Assembly: GCF_001194135.2 (NCBI RefSeq)
Contig: NC_068984.1
Location: forward strand, 57,884,552-57,948,551
Source: Octopus bimaculoides
Lineage: Eukaryota
Direction: 5' to 3'
Length of the DNA: 64,000 nucleotides
This document shows, piece by piece, positions 12,797 through 25,830 of this stretch (position 1 is its first letter; each line of letters begins with the position of its first letter). The notes under the pieces are model-generated. The model saw only the letters and a program-made list of their open reading frames with translations, did no database searches and was not told the origin of the DNA. The position numbers and the translations under genes are program-made.

Positions 12797-14082
12797 AATA
12801 TTTCAAATCGAGATCACTTTTCACAATTATGAACCAACGAGATAACTTATACATGGTTGCCCGACCTGTAAGAAATAGCAGTCATCTCTTTCGAATTGCC
12901 CCTCTACCGTCTTAAAACTGAAGGACGCACTGGATAATATAGCCCCTGGCTATTCAAAAAATAGAACTTTTCATGACGGAAATTTATTTGGTTGATCATG
13001 CTTGACTTGACAACAATCAACTCAAACTGATAATCAGCAAATGTTTAGTTAAAACTTTACTCAAATCAATTTGATCTTACAAAAACTATCAACTTCTTAG
13101 ACCATGATAATTATTTCCCAACTTGGTGGCTCAATAAAATACACATTTGTGGAATATAAAATTAAGTTTTAACAAATCTAAACTGTTTTTATTTATTCAT
13201 TTTGTAAATTGATGTCATTTGTTTATTTCCACTAATAAAGCTTCTAAGTAACTGGCTTCATCAATCTACTAGCTCCCCAAAATATTGGCCCATCTACACA
13301 CTTTCTCTTCCCTCAATCTCTTCTTCCATTACTACAGTAGTTCCTTGATCTCTGAACAATCCAGCTTTGTACTGCCACAGTCAAAGCCCACATAATATAC
13401 TTGCCACCCCTTTCTTGTTATCCCTACTTTGTTGTATTCCTGCTAACCTTGGACTAACACTTTGACCTCAGTTGATTCCCAAACTGCGTCTCCCTGAAAT
13501 TGCTTTTCTCCTTTATGTTCAGAATGAACAGTAACTGCATCGACCTCATCAGTAGAATAGGCTGCCCTCTGAGGATAAACAAATTAAAATGAGGAATCAA
13601 AGTGACTGTTGAATTAGCTAACTTTAAAATCCACTATGACTGAATGGTCATAACTTGAACAATTTTGATTATCAGTCTACACAATCAAGGTTGTTCTGAA
13701 GAACACTGGCAGAATCACTTTTGCAATTATACGATTTCCCTTCTAATATGATTTATGTCATATAAATCCTGACAGATATATGGACCAGATTCAACGAGTG
13801 TGCAAAACAGCAATTAGCTTTACTTTAAAAAATCTACAAAATGCTCAGTAAATGCTTGAGACTGGCTGTCTATAGGCTCATCACATCAAATAATATTTCT
13901 GTCAGGTTTTTATCTAATGTGGGACGGGATTTTTATTTGGGCAAAAATTAAAACCTGGTAGTTAATTTTTTTCAATTTAAGATTATTTTTCAAAACAAAT
14001 TTTTACTCTCTATCATATTAAAAAAGCAAAATTATATTCTGTCTCTGTGCTAATATATTTTTTATTTTTCCTTTTTTTGTAG

Positions 14083-14241
14083 GACTTCTTCCTGGTTTTC
14101 TGCGTCACAGACTGCCAATATTGCGTGTTGGACCAGAATTGAATATATTATATTATTTTGAAGAAGCAGAGAGAGATGGTAGCAAAATCAGATGGTCACG
14201 AGCAACAAATACCCAAGCAAAACTTAAAGCAGCATTAACTG
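14083..14241 (+). CDS. FAM151B: FAM151/menorin-family protein, exon 2
   Basis: Polypyrimidine-TAG acceptor and GT donor, 159 nt, phase 1/1. ...ELNILYYFEEAERDGSKIRWSRATNTQAKLKAALT matches FAM151B ENILEYF...DGAEITWYHAANHKAQTNEALK. Confidence 0.88.
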
Positions 14242-14375
14242 GTACATATATGCTGTAATTACAATTATATTAGTACAAGTTGCAGTGAATTTATTTCAAC
14301 TACATTATATTACTGAAGATCAGTTTTTTTTTAATAAAAATATTCTTAAGACTTAAAAAAAAGATAGTTTAGGTT

Positions 14376-14715
14376 CATCATCATCGTTTAACGTCCGCTT
14401 TCCATGCTAGCATGGGTTGGAAGATTTGACTGAGGACTGGTGAACCAGATGGCTACACCTGATTTGGCAGAGTTTCTACAGCTGGATGCCATTCCTAATG
14501 CTAACCACTCCGAGAGTGTAGTGGGTGCTTTTACGTGCCACTGGCACGAAGGCCAGTCAGGCGGTACTGGCAACGGCCACGCTCAAAATGGTGTATTTTA
14601 CGTGCCACCTGCACAGGAGCCAGTCCAGTGGCACTGGCTACGATCTTGCTTGAATGTCTTTTCACATGCCACTGGCACAAGTGCCAGGAAGGCGACGTTT
14701 GTAACGATCATGCTC
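14376..14715 (-). mobile_element. RTE LINE 3'-tail copy, 5'-truncated
   Basis: Nearly identical to the reverse complement of 50900-51240 and to 41672-41985. The element ends in a (GAT)n tail. Confidence 0.8.
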
Positions 14716-15244
14716 AAAAATCGAAATAAAGAGAAACTCTGAGTCATTGCAGATTATTATTGAATTTACTGATATGTGAGGCTGAACTCTGTGCAATTTC
14801 AGTTTGAATTGTTTTGAATTGTTTGAATTGAATTCAAATGAGGGTAGTAAAAGATTATCTATTTTAAGAACTTCACTACTCCAAGTCTTCTCTGAGATTG
14901 AACTGACTTACAATGTGGAGCTTAAAGTTAGTGTATTAAAAATATGTAAAAGAGAAAGATGTTCCACATAGCACCAATGATTTAGCATGTTGAGAAAAAG
15001 TAGATGGAGAAATGGGGTGCAAAAGTGATAGAAAATGAAGAGATAGGACTAAGCATAGAAATGGATTAAAAATTGGAGGTTTTCTCTCAGTCAAAATTGT
15101 TATTGGATGCTCTGCTTTTCTTCAAATTATAAGCTAGTCAAGAGGGCAGAGGCAGTGTTCATAAATTTGCAGTCCTTTTTGTAGAATGTGATATTTTCTG
15201 TTTGTATTTACAAAGTGATAGTGTTCAAAATATATTTGTTGCAG

Positions 15245-15468
15245 GCAAGTATGATATGATTGAAGCAGATGTGATCTTAAAAGGACAAGGAACGTCAAAA
15301 CAAGCTATGACACCAATTGTATCTGATTTACCTGCAGTTGATAATGAATTCACATTAAAGATGTGGTTACAGCAAGTGAAGAAGTTTACAAAAGGCATTA
15401 AATTAGACTTTCGAACTATTGATGCTGTTGAGATGTCACTACAGCTATTGAAAAGAATGAAGAATGAG
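15245..15468 (+). CDS. FAM151B: FAM151/menorin-family protein, exon 3
   Basis: TTGCAG acceptor, GAG|GTAAAT donor. KYDMIEADVIL...TLKMWLQQVKKFTKGIKLDFRT...LKRMKNE carries the MIEADV and KGIKLDF family motifs. Confidence 0.92.
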
Positions 15469-17408
15469 GTAAATTTATTTATTTTGTTTTTTATCCATTT
15501 CCCTTACTAAGTATATTCTGCTTCTTTGTCTTCTATCTACTGAATATAAGCATTCTTATTTTTGTTCCACTTGTTGAACATATCTATTCAGCCTTATCAA
15601 AGTGACCAATTTTACAAAGTATTTCTTCTGGTTATGACATTTTCAATGGATTAGATAAAAATGTTGGTTAGTCATGTTACAACTGAAACTGTCACTATGA
15701 ATTAACAGTCATGAGTTTGGGTTGATCTTCAAAATAGTTGATTTTATGTCAATGTTTGTAGAAGGTGAGGATTGGCATAGTACCTTTTCTTGCTGGCTGT
15801 AATCAAGATACGAGAAATGTTTCTTGATATGGTTTTATTGTCCTCATTGTAACAAATAAGTTTAAGGTACTATTTACCTTTACCATTACTCAGTGGTTTC
15901 ATCATGACTAGGTCACAACAAACTTTACCTACATCTACTTTTGGGATCAATCAAGACAATCTTATTGTGCGGCAAGTCTTCACTTCTTTTAAGGTGTCTG
16001 TTATTTCTTTTTTACTTCCTCTTCTAAAAGACTTTTATATGAAGGATGAGGACTTTTTCTCCTTTTGAATAAGGAATAAGGATATGTGTTAGATCTTGTT
16101 CATAGTACCATTTGCATTTGATATCTATATTAGCAGCACAAAGGAGCTTCTTCTCTATATGATTGCTAGACCTGCTGTAATTAGTAGTGAAATTACTCTC
16201 CCAATCACACATTTAAACTTAATATATGTAGGATTAAATTGCCAAATGCATCTGACAATTTAGTCCTAGATACATTATGTTTACAAATGACTGCATGGTC
16301 ATAACTAGAACAATTCTGATTATTGGTCTACACAATCAGGGTTGTTCTGGAGCTAAACAGTTACACTGGCAGAATCACTTTTGCAAATACCTGATTATCC
16401 TCCTAATATGACTTCTACAGCTGAATGAACTGGAGCAATGTGAAATAAAGTATCTTGCTCAAGACACAGCCTTGTCTAGGAATTGAACTCACAAGCTCAT
16501 GATCGTAAGCTTATGCTCTAACCACCAAGCCATGTGTCTTCACAGAAATTAATATCATTTTACAATCTTATTCTATATCTGAGTAGTAAGAAACATCAAA
16601 AAATGTAAACTTAGTAGATTAATTTCTCTCTTAAGTAAATCATCATTATCATGGGTTGAACGGTTTGACCAGATCCATCAGGTCCTAGTATTGCATATAC
16701 TCTAATGCCTGCTTTGGCATGGTTTCTATTGTTATATTTCCTTCTTGATGACAACCAATTTATAGAGAGTACTGAGTGCTTTTTTGTGGCACCAGCTCTA
16801 ATGAGGTTACCATGCAGCTTGCAAGACCAAGGTCCTTGTGGACTGAGTGGGTTTACCGTAGAGAGGGAGACCACTTTATGTTAGGAGATGAGAAGGTAAA
16901 GTATGAGCAAATATACCAAAACAAAACATGCTTCTTGCAGTAGAGGGGTTACATGACAATTCACATTATAGAAGACAGAGTGAGAGTAATCAGGCTAGAA
17001 GTAGAAAGATAAAAATAGTGGGGATGGGGTGCCAGGTAGATCCTCAAGGGGAGTGTGGGCGAGTTGAGGTTGCAAAAGTGTTTGAGAGAGTGAGAGATGG
17101 GAAATTGGTGAGGGGTGGTGTTGAATATAATGAATGAAGAATAAGAGTTGATGGCTGATAAGTAGCAAAGTTAGGGAAATGTATGTGTTAATTGTAGAGA
17201 TCAAATAGGGTTGAGGGATGGATATAGCGACTGGAAAAATAATGGATGGGAGGGGTGATCTATGATACATATGGGTTAGGGTAGGTAGGGAAAAATAGGG
17301 GATGAGTGACAGTGTAGAAAAAGTGGGGGTGATGAAGGGTAGAAGAATAGTAATAACCACAAATAAACTGTAATGTCATTGTTATGTTAATATTATTTTT
17401 TTGATTTA

Positions 17409-17615
17409 AGGCAGCAAGCTAGCAGAACTGTTAGCATGTCAGGCAAAATGTTTAGTGACATTTCATCTGGCTTTACATTCTAAGTTCAAATTCCACTGAG
17501 GTCAACTTTGCCTTTCATCTTTTTTTGTTTGATATAATAAGTACCAGTTGAGTACTGGAGTCAATGTAATTGACTTAGTCCCTCCATCAAAACTGCTGGC
17601 CTTGTGCCAAAATTT
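17409..17615 (+). mobile_element. tRNA-type SINE family A, representative copy
   Basis: Shared core gagttcaaatt..gaggtcaactttgcctttcatcc recurs at about 2810-2962, 7178-7345, 18850-19068, 19790-19960, 39408-39575, 49524-49645, 54003-54205 (+) and 39905-40122, 47903-48035, 53790-53960 (-). Confidence 0.75.
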
Positions 17616-20600
17616 GAAACTGTGATTGTTTCTTGATTTTTGCATGTTTGTATGAGATATAAATGATAGGCATAATGAGAGAGGATGAAAGAGAGATGAC
17701 ATGGTGGGGCAGGTAGCAAGACATGGTGGGGCAGGTAGGAGAAGCAGGGGTAATTCATGCCTTTTCTTAACTAAAAGTATCAATTCAGATATATTTGTAG
17801 AATATTCATAACCAAGTTTAGCACAATTTTCTACTAATGTTTACATATAGAGCTGAGTGATACAATTCAAGGATGGTCTTCATATAAAACATGAAATGTT
17901 ATGTAATTATATTGTGTAACACGATTTTTGTCCTTGGGTAGCAACTGTTATTTCCTATTTGCTTATCCCTAGAAAGTATGAAAAATGGCTAATATTTCCT
18001 TTAAACTTTGCTTTTGTTACATTTATTCAAACCTTAAAGAATTCCTCTCAACACATGGCTATGATGTTCCCCCACTTCTGCTCATGATCAGAGATGCACA
18101 TATTGTCAGCCACTAAGGGACATACTCAAGTGGTTAAGGTCAAGGTCAAGCAACTAGCAAGAAAATCTGTGGTACTGAGCAAAATGTTTTCTGTAACGAT
18201 ATTTCTACTTCAGCAGCCCAGCACTGAATCTGTCTGAAATGTCAGTTTCAAAAAATTGATGTCTGGGTCAGAAAAGCAAAGTTTGAAGGGAATAGTAGTC
18301 ATTTCCTTTGATTTGTAGATAGAAGCAAATGGGAAATAACACTTACTGACCAATGACAAAAAAAAAAAAATTAAAATTTTGTCACATAGTATTATTTAAT
18401 ATAGTAAAATCACAACTAATTTTGTTGATAGTGTGTTGGCCTGGCAGTTGAAAGGTTGATGATTTATGTTCTGTTATCAACAGAGCGCTGTGTCAAACTT
18501 TCTGGTCATATAGGCAGAATGTAAATATCAACAGTACTTGGCTGCAGGATAGGTTCTCCAATTAACTTAATCAGCTTTGCTGTTGATTTCAGTCTTGATT
18601 TTTGATCGTCTATGTACAAAGCTTTTATTTATATTAAATAATATAACCACAAGCTTTGGACACCAAGAGAAGGTGATGGTGGTGGTGGCAGGGTGAGAAT
18701 CAAAGAGTTATTTTCTAGTGCTGGATTTATTCTGGAGTAAATAGTATATTTCATTAAAAAAAATAAATAAAAGCAAAGTATAGAAAATTTGCAATTTTCT
18801 TCTTTACTCTAACCACAAGTAATTGTTATGTTGATATTAGTTTTTGATTTAAGGCAGCAAACTGGCAGAATTGTTAGCATGCTGAGCAAAATGCTTTGCG
18901 GCATTTCATCTGGCTTTACATTCCAAGTTCAAATTCTGTCAAGATTGACTTTGCCTTTCATCCTTTTTTGGTTGATAAAATAAGTACCATTTGAGTACTG
19001 TAGTCAATGTAATTGACTTAGTCCTTCTCTCAAAATTGCTAGCCTTGTGCCAAAATTTGAAACCAATATTATTTCTTGATTTTTGCATGATTATACGTGA
19101 TATAAAAGCTGGTCCATCACTAAATAAAACTTCTGAATGTAACCATCAACTGTACAACATGAGAAAGGCAACACTAGTTGATAATAATGAACTTCTGCTT
19201 GATGACCTAGATATGATAGAAGTTTGACTGTAATGTTTTACTATTATAACAAGAATGAAAAATCTGGGTACTAATGATTAAAAATATAAAAAATTTTTTA
19301 TCTACAAGTAGGATGACCATATGAAAAATTTTGGTAAAGGTGAAACTTTAGGAACTTGAAATAATGAATTTTAGTAGTATAAGATCTATGATAATACCAT
19401 CAGTCCAACCTCAAAAGAAATTGATTATTGCTGAAAAGGTCAGATTCTTCTTACATCAAAATCTGAGTGAATCTATTCAAGGTCATTCTCAAAAATTATG
19501 TAAGTCAGCTCATTTTTGTGAATTTGATAAAATTGGACTTAAAAGATGGGGGACAGATGATATGATGGCATGCATTTATCTGAGTGTTGTGTCAAAGCAT
19601 GAAAAATATTTTCAGTCTGTGATCTGAATCATAATGCATGTACTGAATTAATTCAGCAATTTAAAATGCTTTTTATAATAGAAGTAGAATGAATAAAAGG
19701 TAATAATGATTTTGATGATATTACTGTGTCACATGTGGCTAGAAACCATTATACATCTCCTTAGAAATGTCAATTTTAAGGTGTTAACATTGTTAGCATA
19801 CCAAGCAAAATTCTTAGTGGTATTTCATCCATCTTCATGTTCTGAGGTTGACTTTGTCTTTCATCCTTTCAGGGTTGATATGATAAATACCAGTTGTGTG
19901 CTTGGGTCAGTGTAGTTGAGTAGTTACTCTTCCCCCAAATTGTGCCTATAGTAGAAAGGATTATAAGTGTCGATCTTGTGGATATAAGCATACACCATCC
20001 TGTATCTTGTAAGACTGTATTAAGTATACTGAATCACTTTAAAATAATACATAATTCTGTAAAAAAAGTTGAAAAATTAAAAAGGAAAATTTTGCAAGAA
20101 TTTATGAAATTGACATAAAAAACATACAGTCACCAATGTGAAACTCAAGAGTTTTAACACTCAAATGAAAATTATCAACTGAAATCAGATGACTATAATA
20201 CCTCTGAACTTTTGAATGAATTTGAATAAACCTAAATTAAGGACTTGTGATCTCAAACTCACTGAAATTTTTGGAAAAATTGCTACTTTTATGGAAATTG
20301 ATTACAGAGTATGTGAATGCTATTGTTGAAAGTCAAAAATAAAATTCATGGTTTGCTTAGTATGGATGTGATGAATAGTGATAGTTCAACATTAATTTAT
20401 GAAATTGAAGCTCTAGAAACATCTTAAATAAACATCTGAAAATGCTAGTGAATTTTGTGGTAGTAGCTTGATAAGACCAAATATAAATCTATAAAAATAT
20501 CTCCATACCACCCAAATCAAATAGAATTGTTGAAAAATGATTGCTAGTGTTAAACTGAATTTAAAAGCATATCTTCTAAGTAAAGCTTCCAATAATGCAT

Positions 20601-21585
20601 ACTTAAGTTGCATGCCTTTTAGTTACTGGATAATCACTCACCCAGGAAGATTCTTAGTGCATCAGCTGGATATGATCACCAGTAACAATGTCTGATGAAA
20701 CTCACTCCAGTTTGATAGTGATGTTGTTGAAATGATGAACCACAAGTTAGATTTATATATCAAGCTGGTGATAATTCAGTTGTGATTATTACTATGCAGA
20801 TCACTAAAATAATGATACAAACTGATTGTGAACAAAGTACAAAACTAATCATCAAGCTTTGAATGATATTCTACACTTTATTAATAAAGGTTATGATTTG
20901 ACAACTAATACAGAAACAAATATGGTGTTAGATGCAGTTTCCAAACAATAAAAGAAATTAAGCCAATTTATTTCCAGGATAATATTATTGCATGCTTGCC
21001 TGTAACTGAGTCTATTTCAGATGGGTACTAATTCAATGCAAGATCAGTTGAATAAAACTTCTGAATGTGAAGGGTCACATGTCATCATATCTATATTTAA
21101 ATAAACACTGACACAATGTAAATAATTTATCTATATTGCTTACTGCTATTTATTGTTAAATAAATAAACTTGACAATATTTTGCCAGTTAGACATAATCC
21201 AACTCTAGCTAGCTGCTTGTGATTGTTGGTATTCAATTGTACAACCTACATGAAACTTATTGTACACATAACTTGGGTAATTAGAAATAGTTTAGACTTT
21301 CATAACAAGTTTGACATAGGCAGTTTTCATTTGAAAGAAATTGTAACTATAAGTGATCATACTGATTCCATAATATAATATGATATACAAATATTCCTTC
21401 TAATAGATAATGTAATACTGGAGTGGAGTCAAATTATTCAAAAAATATTTTATATTTTTTAAAATTGGAAAAAGAATGTTTTTTATAGTTTATGTTGTGG
21501 TGTCTATAATAAACATGTCTAAATACCAATGTATTAGTTGTTTTTATTAAATTTATGATTTTAAAATACTTTTTTTATATTTCAG

Positions 21586-22719
21586 CTTAAAATCCCTATT
21601 TGGCTGCATGCTGATATCTTAAAAGGCCCTTATAGTTCTCGACTGCCTGTTGATGCAACTCGGTTTTTTCGTAATGTACGCACATTTTTCCCCACTTGTA
21701 CTTTGTCTTTAGGATGGACAACTGGTTATCACACAGATGTAAGTCAAGCTGGATATACTTGGGACATGGTACTTGATATGCATGATTTAATTATACACTG
21801 GGAAATCAGTCAACCACTTGTCTTCTCTGTTCGGCTAGCCTATATCAAGAACTCAATTCCACAACTGAAATGGTTGTGTGATACGCTTCAAGCTTCATTA
21901 TTGGTGTGGAATGATAATGAAGATAAACCAGTTCTAGAAGATGTCATGTATGTAGCTTACCGTTTTCCACCTGAAAAAGCCTTTTTTGACTTTCAAGATG
22001 AATATTTGAGCAGCCATCTGAAGCGTTATAGACATTTTTCTAAAAACTATGTTCATCCACTTGTTTTAGAGAGAGATCAAGTAAAATTCAATCCATATGC
22101 TTGGGTAAAAATGGGATTATATATTGAAGAGAATTCTATTCTACCTAGTTCAGAATCACTAGTTTTAAAGAGTCCAGCTGTCTATATTGTAAGCATTTCT
22201 AAACTTAAGTCTGTTGAAACTCTTCATTTGAAAGGAAGAGTTCATTTCCTTAATCGTAAAAATCAAGAAGCTATTAATGGGCAGACAGGCTTAAGCATAT
22301 TTTTTCGTAGTTTTTCTTATTCAGACTATGAAAAAATTAGTGGCATTCGTTTTTTTATTGGTGTAAATGGAGATCTTCAAATTTCAGGCCAACATCTTGG
22401 GAAAAATGTTCCTGAGTTTAAGAAGAGGGCTCGAGTTACTCCTGGTTCAGCTAGTTGTTACCGTTTTGATATTGTTGACCTTCGGCATGAAGTTGTCATG
22501 GAAATAAATAGCTTGCATGATTGTGATACTTTAGAAAGTGTACAACATGAAGAGACATCACATATATCTTTGAGAGTAAACATTCCTCATGAGCTAGCAC
22601 TTGGTGAACAGCCTTATATTTTAAAAATGGAAGACAACAAACGTGTAGCTGTTATTGATGAACTTGATATTCGCACTATTTACCAGACTAAAAAAAAAAA
22701 AAACATGAATAGTATTTGA
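21586..22719 (+). CDS. FAM151B: FAM151/menorin-family protein, terminal exon 4
   Basis: TTTCAG acceptor, phase 0, in frame with ORF 21703-22719. LKIPIWLHADILKGP...FFPTCTLSLGWTTG...QPLVFSVR...LKWL matches FAM151B PVWINADILPGP...TFSLGWTTGW. AATAAA at 22819. Confidence 0.93.
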   Translation, partial: LKIPIWLHADILKGPYSSRLPVDATRFFRNVRTFFPTCTLSLGWTTGYHTDVSQAGYTWDMVLDMHDLIIHWEISQPLVFSVRLAYIKNSIPQLKWLCDTLQASLLVWNDNEDKPVLEDVMYVAYRFPPEKAFFDFQDEYLSSHLKRYRHFSKNYVHPLVLERDQVKFNPYAWVKMGLYIEENSILPSSESLVLKSPAVYIVSISKLKSVETLHLKGRVHFLNRKNQEAINGQTGLSIFFRSFSYSDYEKISGIRFFIGVNGDLQISGQHLGKNVPEFKKRARVTPGSASCYRFDIVDLRHEVVMEINSLHDCDTLESVQHEETSHISLRVNIPHELALGEQPYILKMEDNKRVAVIDELDIRTIYQTKKKKNMNSI

Positions 22720-25519
22720 AGAATTGTAAATATATTTTTTAGGTTTTATTTATAATAGCCTTTGATTCAGCTGAATCTGACTGAACCATCAAATATTTAT
22801 CTCAGGTTGTTTGATATTAATAAATATTGTAACCTTTACACTTACACAGTAGACACATGTTGTAAATTCAAGCATATTTTTCTTTCAGTAATATGAACAT
22901 TTTCCTTTCCAGTCATTATAGTTACTTAAGATTTAGTACAAATATGCTAACAAAATTTGAAATAATAACTTTCCACCATAAAAAGTTGTAAATCACCAAG
23001 AGATTCAACAGTGTTGGTAACCTCCAAAAGATTCAACTGTCTCATATAAGAAACCAGTCTCAGTCAAATGAACATATTTCTTTTTAACTATTATAATTGT
23101 GTAAGATTTGGTACAAATATACAAACAACATTTGAATAATAATTTTTTCACATTAAAATAAATTACACATATTAACATAACTAGTGATCTTCAAAGAATT
23201 CAACAGTATTATTTAAGAATCCATTTTCAAATGCTTAATTTTATTTAATACTAAAATTAAGCAAATTATAATCTGTAAATTTGGAGTGATTTAATAAGCA
23301 CTTTAACATGAAAAACAAATTAAAACTTTTTTTTTGCTTGAGAACACTATTTGTTAAAAGTAAAATAATGTTTCTTTCTATCTTGTTTGGATAATCAATA
23401 CAGTCACAATTTCTGAATAAACTGTGGCAATATTAATTGAGCATTATATATGTTGAAATTATAGTTTAATTTTGATAGAAATAATGTCTTTAATGCAATA
23501 ATTTCTAGCAGGAAGAAAAACAACTTTTGCTAAGGTCCACAATGGAGCATTGCTCTCACATTGGGATGGTATTGCTGCTATACACACACACACATGCACA
23601 TATCCAATGCAGCATCCAGAAAAGAGTCAAAGGGCCACCCAACTGATTATCATTAATTCATTCATAAACACTCTCCAGTTTCTATCTCAGAAGTGTGCTA
23701 TCTTTACTCTCTGCTTTTTCTACTGCTACTATAATGGTTTCTGCTCATTGGAATTGGCTGGACTCATGCCAGCTCTACTTAAGCATTCCAGCCCTACTCA
23801 TCTCTCCCATTCTCATCACCCTTCTTATGTCCAACCCGACCAGGTCCAGCACAAATTACTATAGCCAGTCATTTCTTTCCAAAATGTTGATCCTCTGAAA
23901 TTTTTTTTCCTGCTCATAGCTTTCCTGCAGGTGTTAATTTACAAAGGTTCAGAGGGAACATTAATGGTATCAATCTTGCTAGTCTAGGAGGGATTGCAAG
24001 GCTACAGACACTACCCCTTCCTCCAGATCCAGCTAGTAAATAACAAATAATAGTAATAATAATAATAATAATAGTCAGATGATGACATAACACAGAGGTA
24101 TAATTAAAAAAAAGGTATAATTCAAAGCAAAAAGACAAAAAGGGCAACCTGTACACACAAAAAATAAGAAGCTACTATGTAGGTTTGATCAAAGCCAGGT
24201 TTGATCCTTGTGATCCTTGATCCAAAAGTGCCTGTGAGTATTTTTTTAGCCAGCTAAGTCATGAAAAACTTTATTCTCTGGGACATAATCTCTCAAACAT
24301 TCATAGACTGATAATGTGATCTTTACCAAAAGTCTGTCTTTTCAGCTTTCCTGATACTGTTCCAAGTAATATTCTCTTTACTGTTCACTGTAAAATTCAA
24401 TAACTCCTTAGGGGTGGGAACAGCTCCTCTTGTGTCTTACCTTCTGCTTCAGTTTCTGTTTTTCCCACTTCTTTTTGTAGTTGCTTTTACACAGGCATGA
24501 GAAAGATACCCATGGCTTTCAAAAAACAGAGGTATTATTTCTCTTTCTCTATTCAATAAAGAATTGAAGTAGAGATGCACACTCCTTTGTCACATAGCTC
24601 TGACAAGCAGGCTTTCTCTATCAGGTAATTCATAACAAGAGCCTGAGCATATGAAAAAAACTGATACTGTCTTATTTATTGCTCAAATTTATTAATGTGA
24701 TGTGTGTGTATGCATGTGTACTTGTGTAAAGCAGAGGGAAATGTTGGAAATAAATTTCTATGATAAAGGTCCAGATAAAAAATATTTTTCCATGTAATTT
24801 CACCTAATAAAAATGCTTTGTAAGAAAGCAGTATTGTCCAAGTATATACATAGTAGAAACATGCTGATTTTGAAATATGCATGTCTCCATTCATAACGTC
24901 ATTTTTTTGGCAGATTAGATTCACAATTTGATTTTAGTTTCTGATTGAAATCACCACACTTATTTCACCTTTGGAAAAATTAAGATAGATATGATTTTGA
25001 AAAAAAAGCATGACTATCCTAACTTCACACTTTCCCTACATTTTTAGGTTTTATATTTAAATGAACAAACTACTAGTCAAAATATATTTAATTTCCATTT
25101 TGATAAAACATTTTTGTTTAAAGTTGTAGGGTTGTTTCTGTGTATCTTGATTATATTCTTTTAGTTTTTTCAATTGAGGGAAAGGTATATTATGTATGTG
25201 TGAATACACATACTATTTTCATATTCAGTTAATTAAGAAGAACATATGTCCAATATACAGACAAATTGAAATAGTCTTACATTTTTCCCTTCTTTCTGTT
25301 GCACTTTCACACATATGTACACATATGATAGGAACTTCTGCCTACCAAATTCAGTTACAAGGGTTCAGTCAGCTTTTGTTTAAATAAATTTGTTTTGAAT
25401 ATTTTTATATGTAAGAGATTATTGTTTCTCTTGTATGCCAAATGGTTTTTGGAACACGGACGTTAAATGATGATGATGATGATATATATATATGTATATC
25501 TATACATATATATATATAT

Positions 25520-25606
25520 AGACACTATAACCTCATGCCGACCAAAGCCTTGTGAGTGGATTTCATACAGGGAAACTGAAAGAAGACTGTTGTATATATG
25601 TGTATA

Positions 25607-25649
<43 letters not shown>

Positions 25650-25830
25650 CCTCACCATCACTTGACAACCGTTGTTGCTATGGTTACGTCCCCATAAATT
25701 AACGGTTCGGCAAAAGACACTGATAGAATAAATACTAGGCTTACAAAGAATGAATCCTAGGGTTGATTTGTTTGACTAAAGGTGGTGCTCCAGCATTACT
25801 GCAGTCACATGACTGAGACAAGTAAACAAT
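25520..25830 (+). mobile_element. SINE family B body and tail with internal (GT)n
   Basis: ccaaagccttgtgagtggattt..gaaactgaaagaag is shared with 52686-52960. Confidence 0.7.

Noticed and set aside
14388-14742. Short ORFs in the RTE tail repeats (also 33799-34343, 41829-42104, 50752-51159)
   Set aside because: They lie in a multi-copy 3' UTR whose frames are not conserved between copies.
23914-24640. Minus-strand exon-like or retroelement-like stretch (AG followed by GSGGRGSVC...; NITWNSIRKAEK)
   Set aside because: No recognisable family, many stops and no partner exons; at best an old relic.
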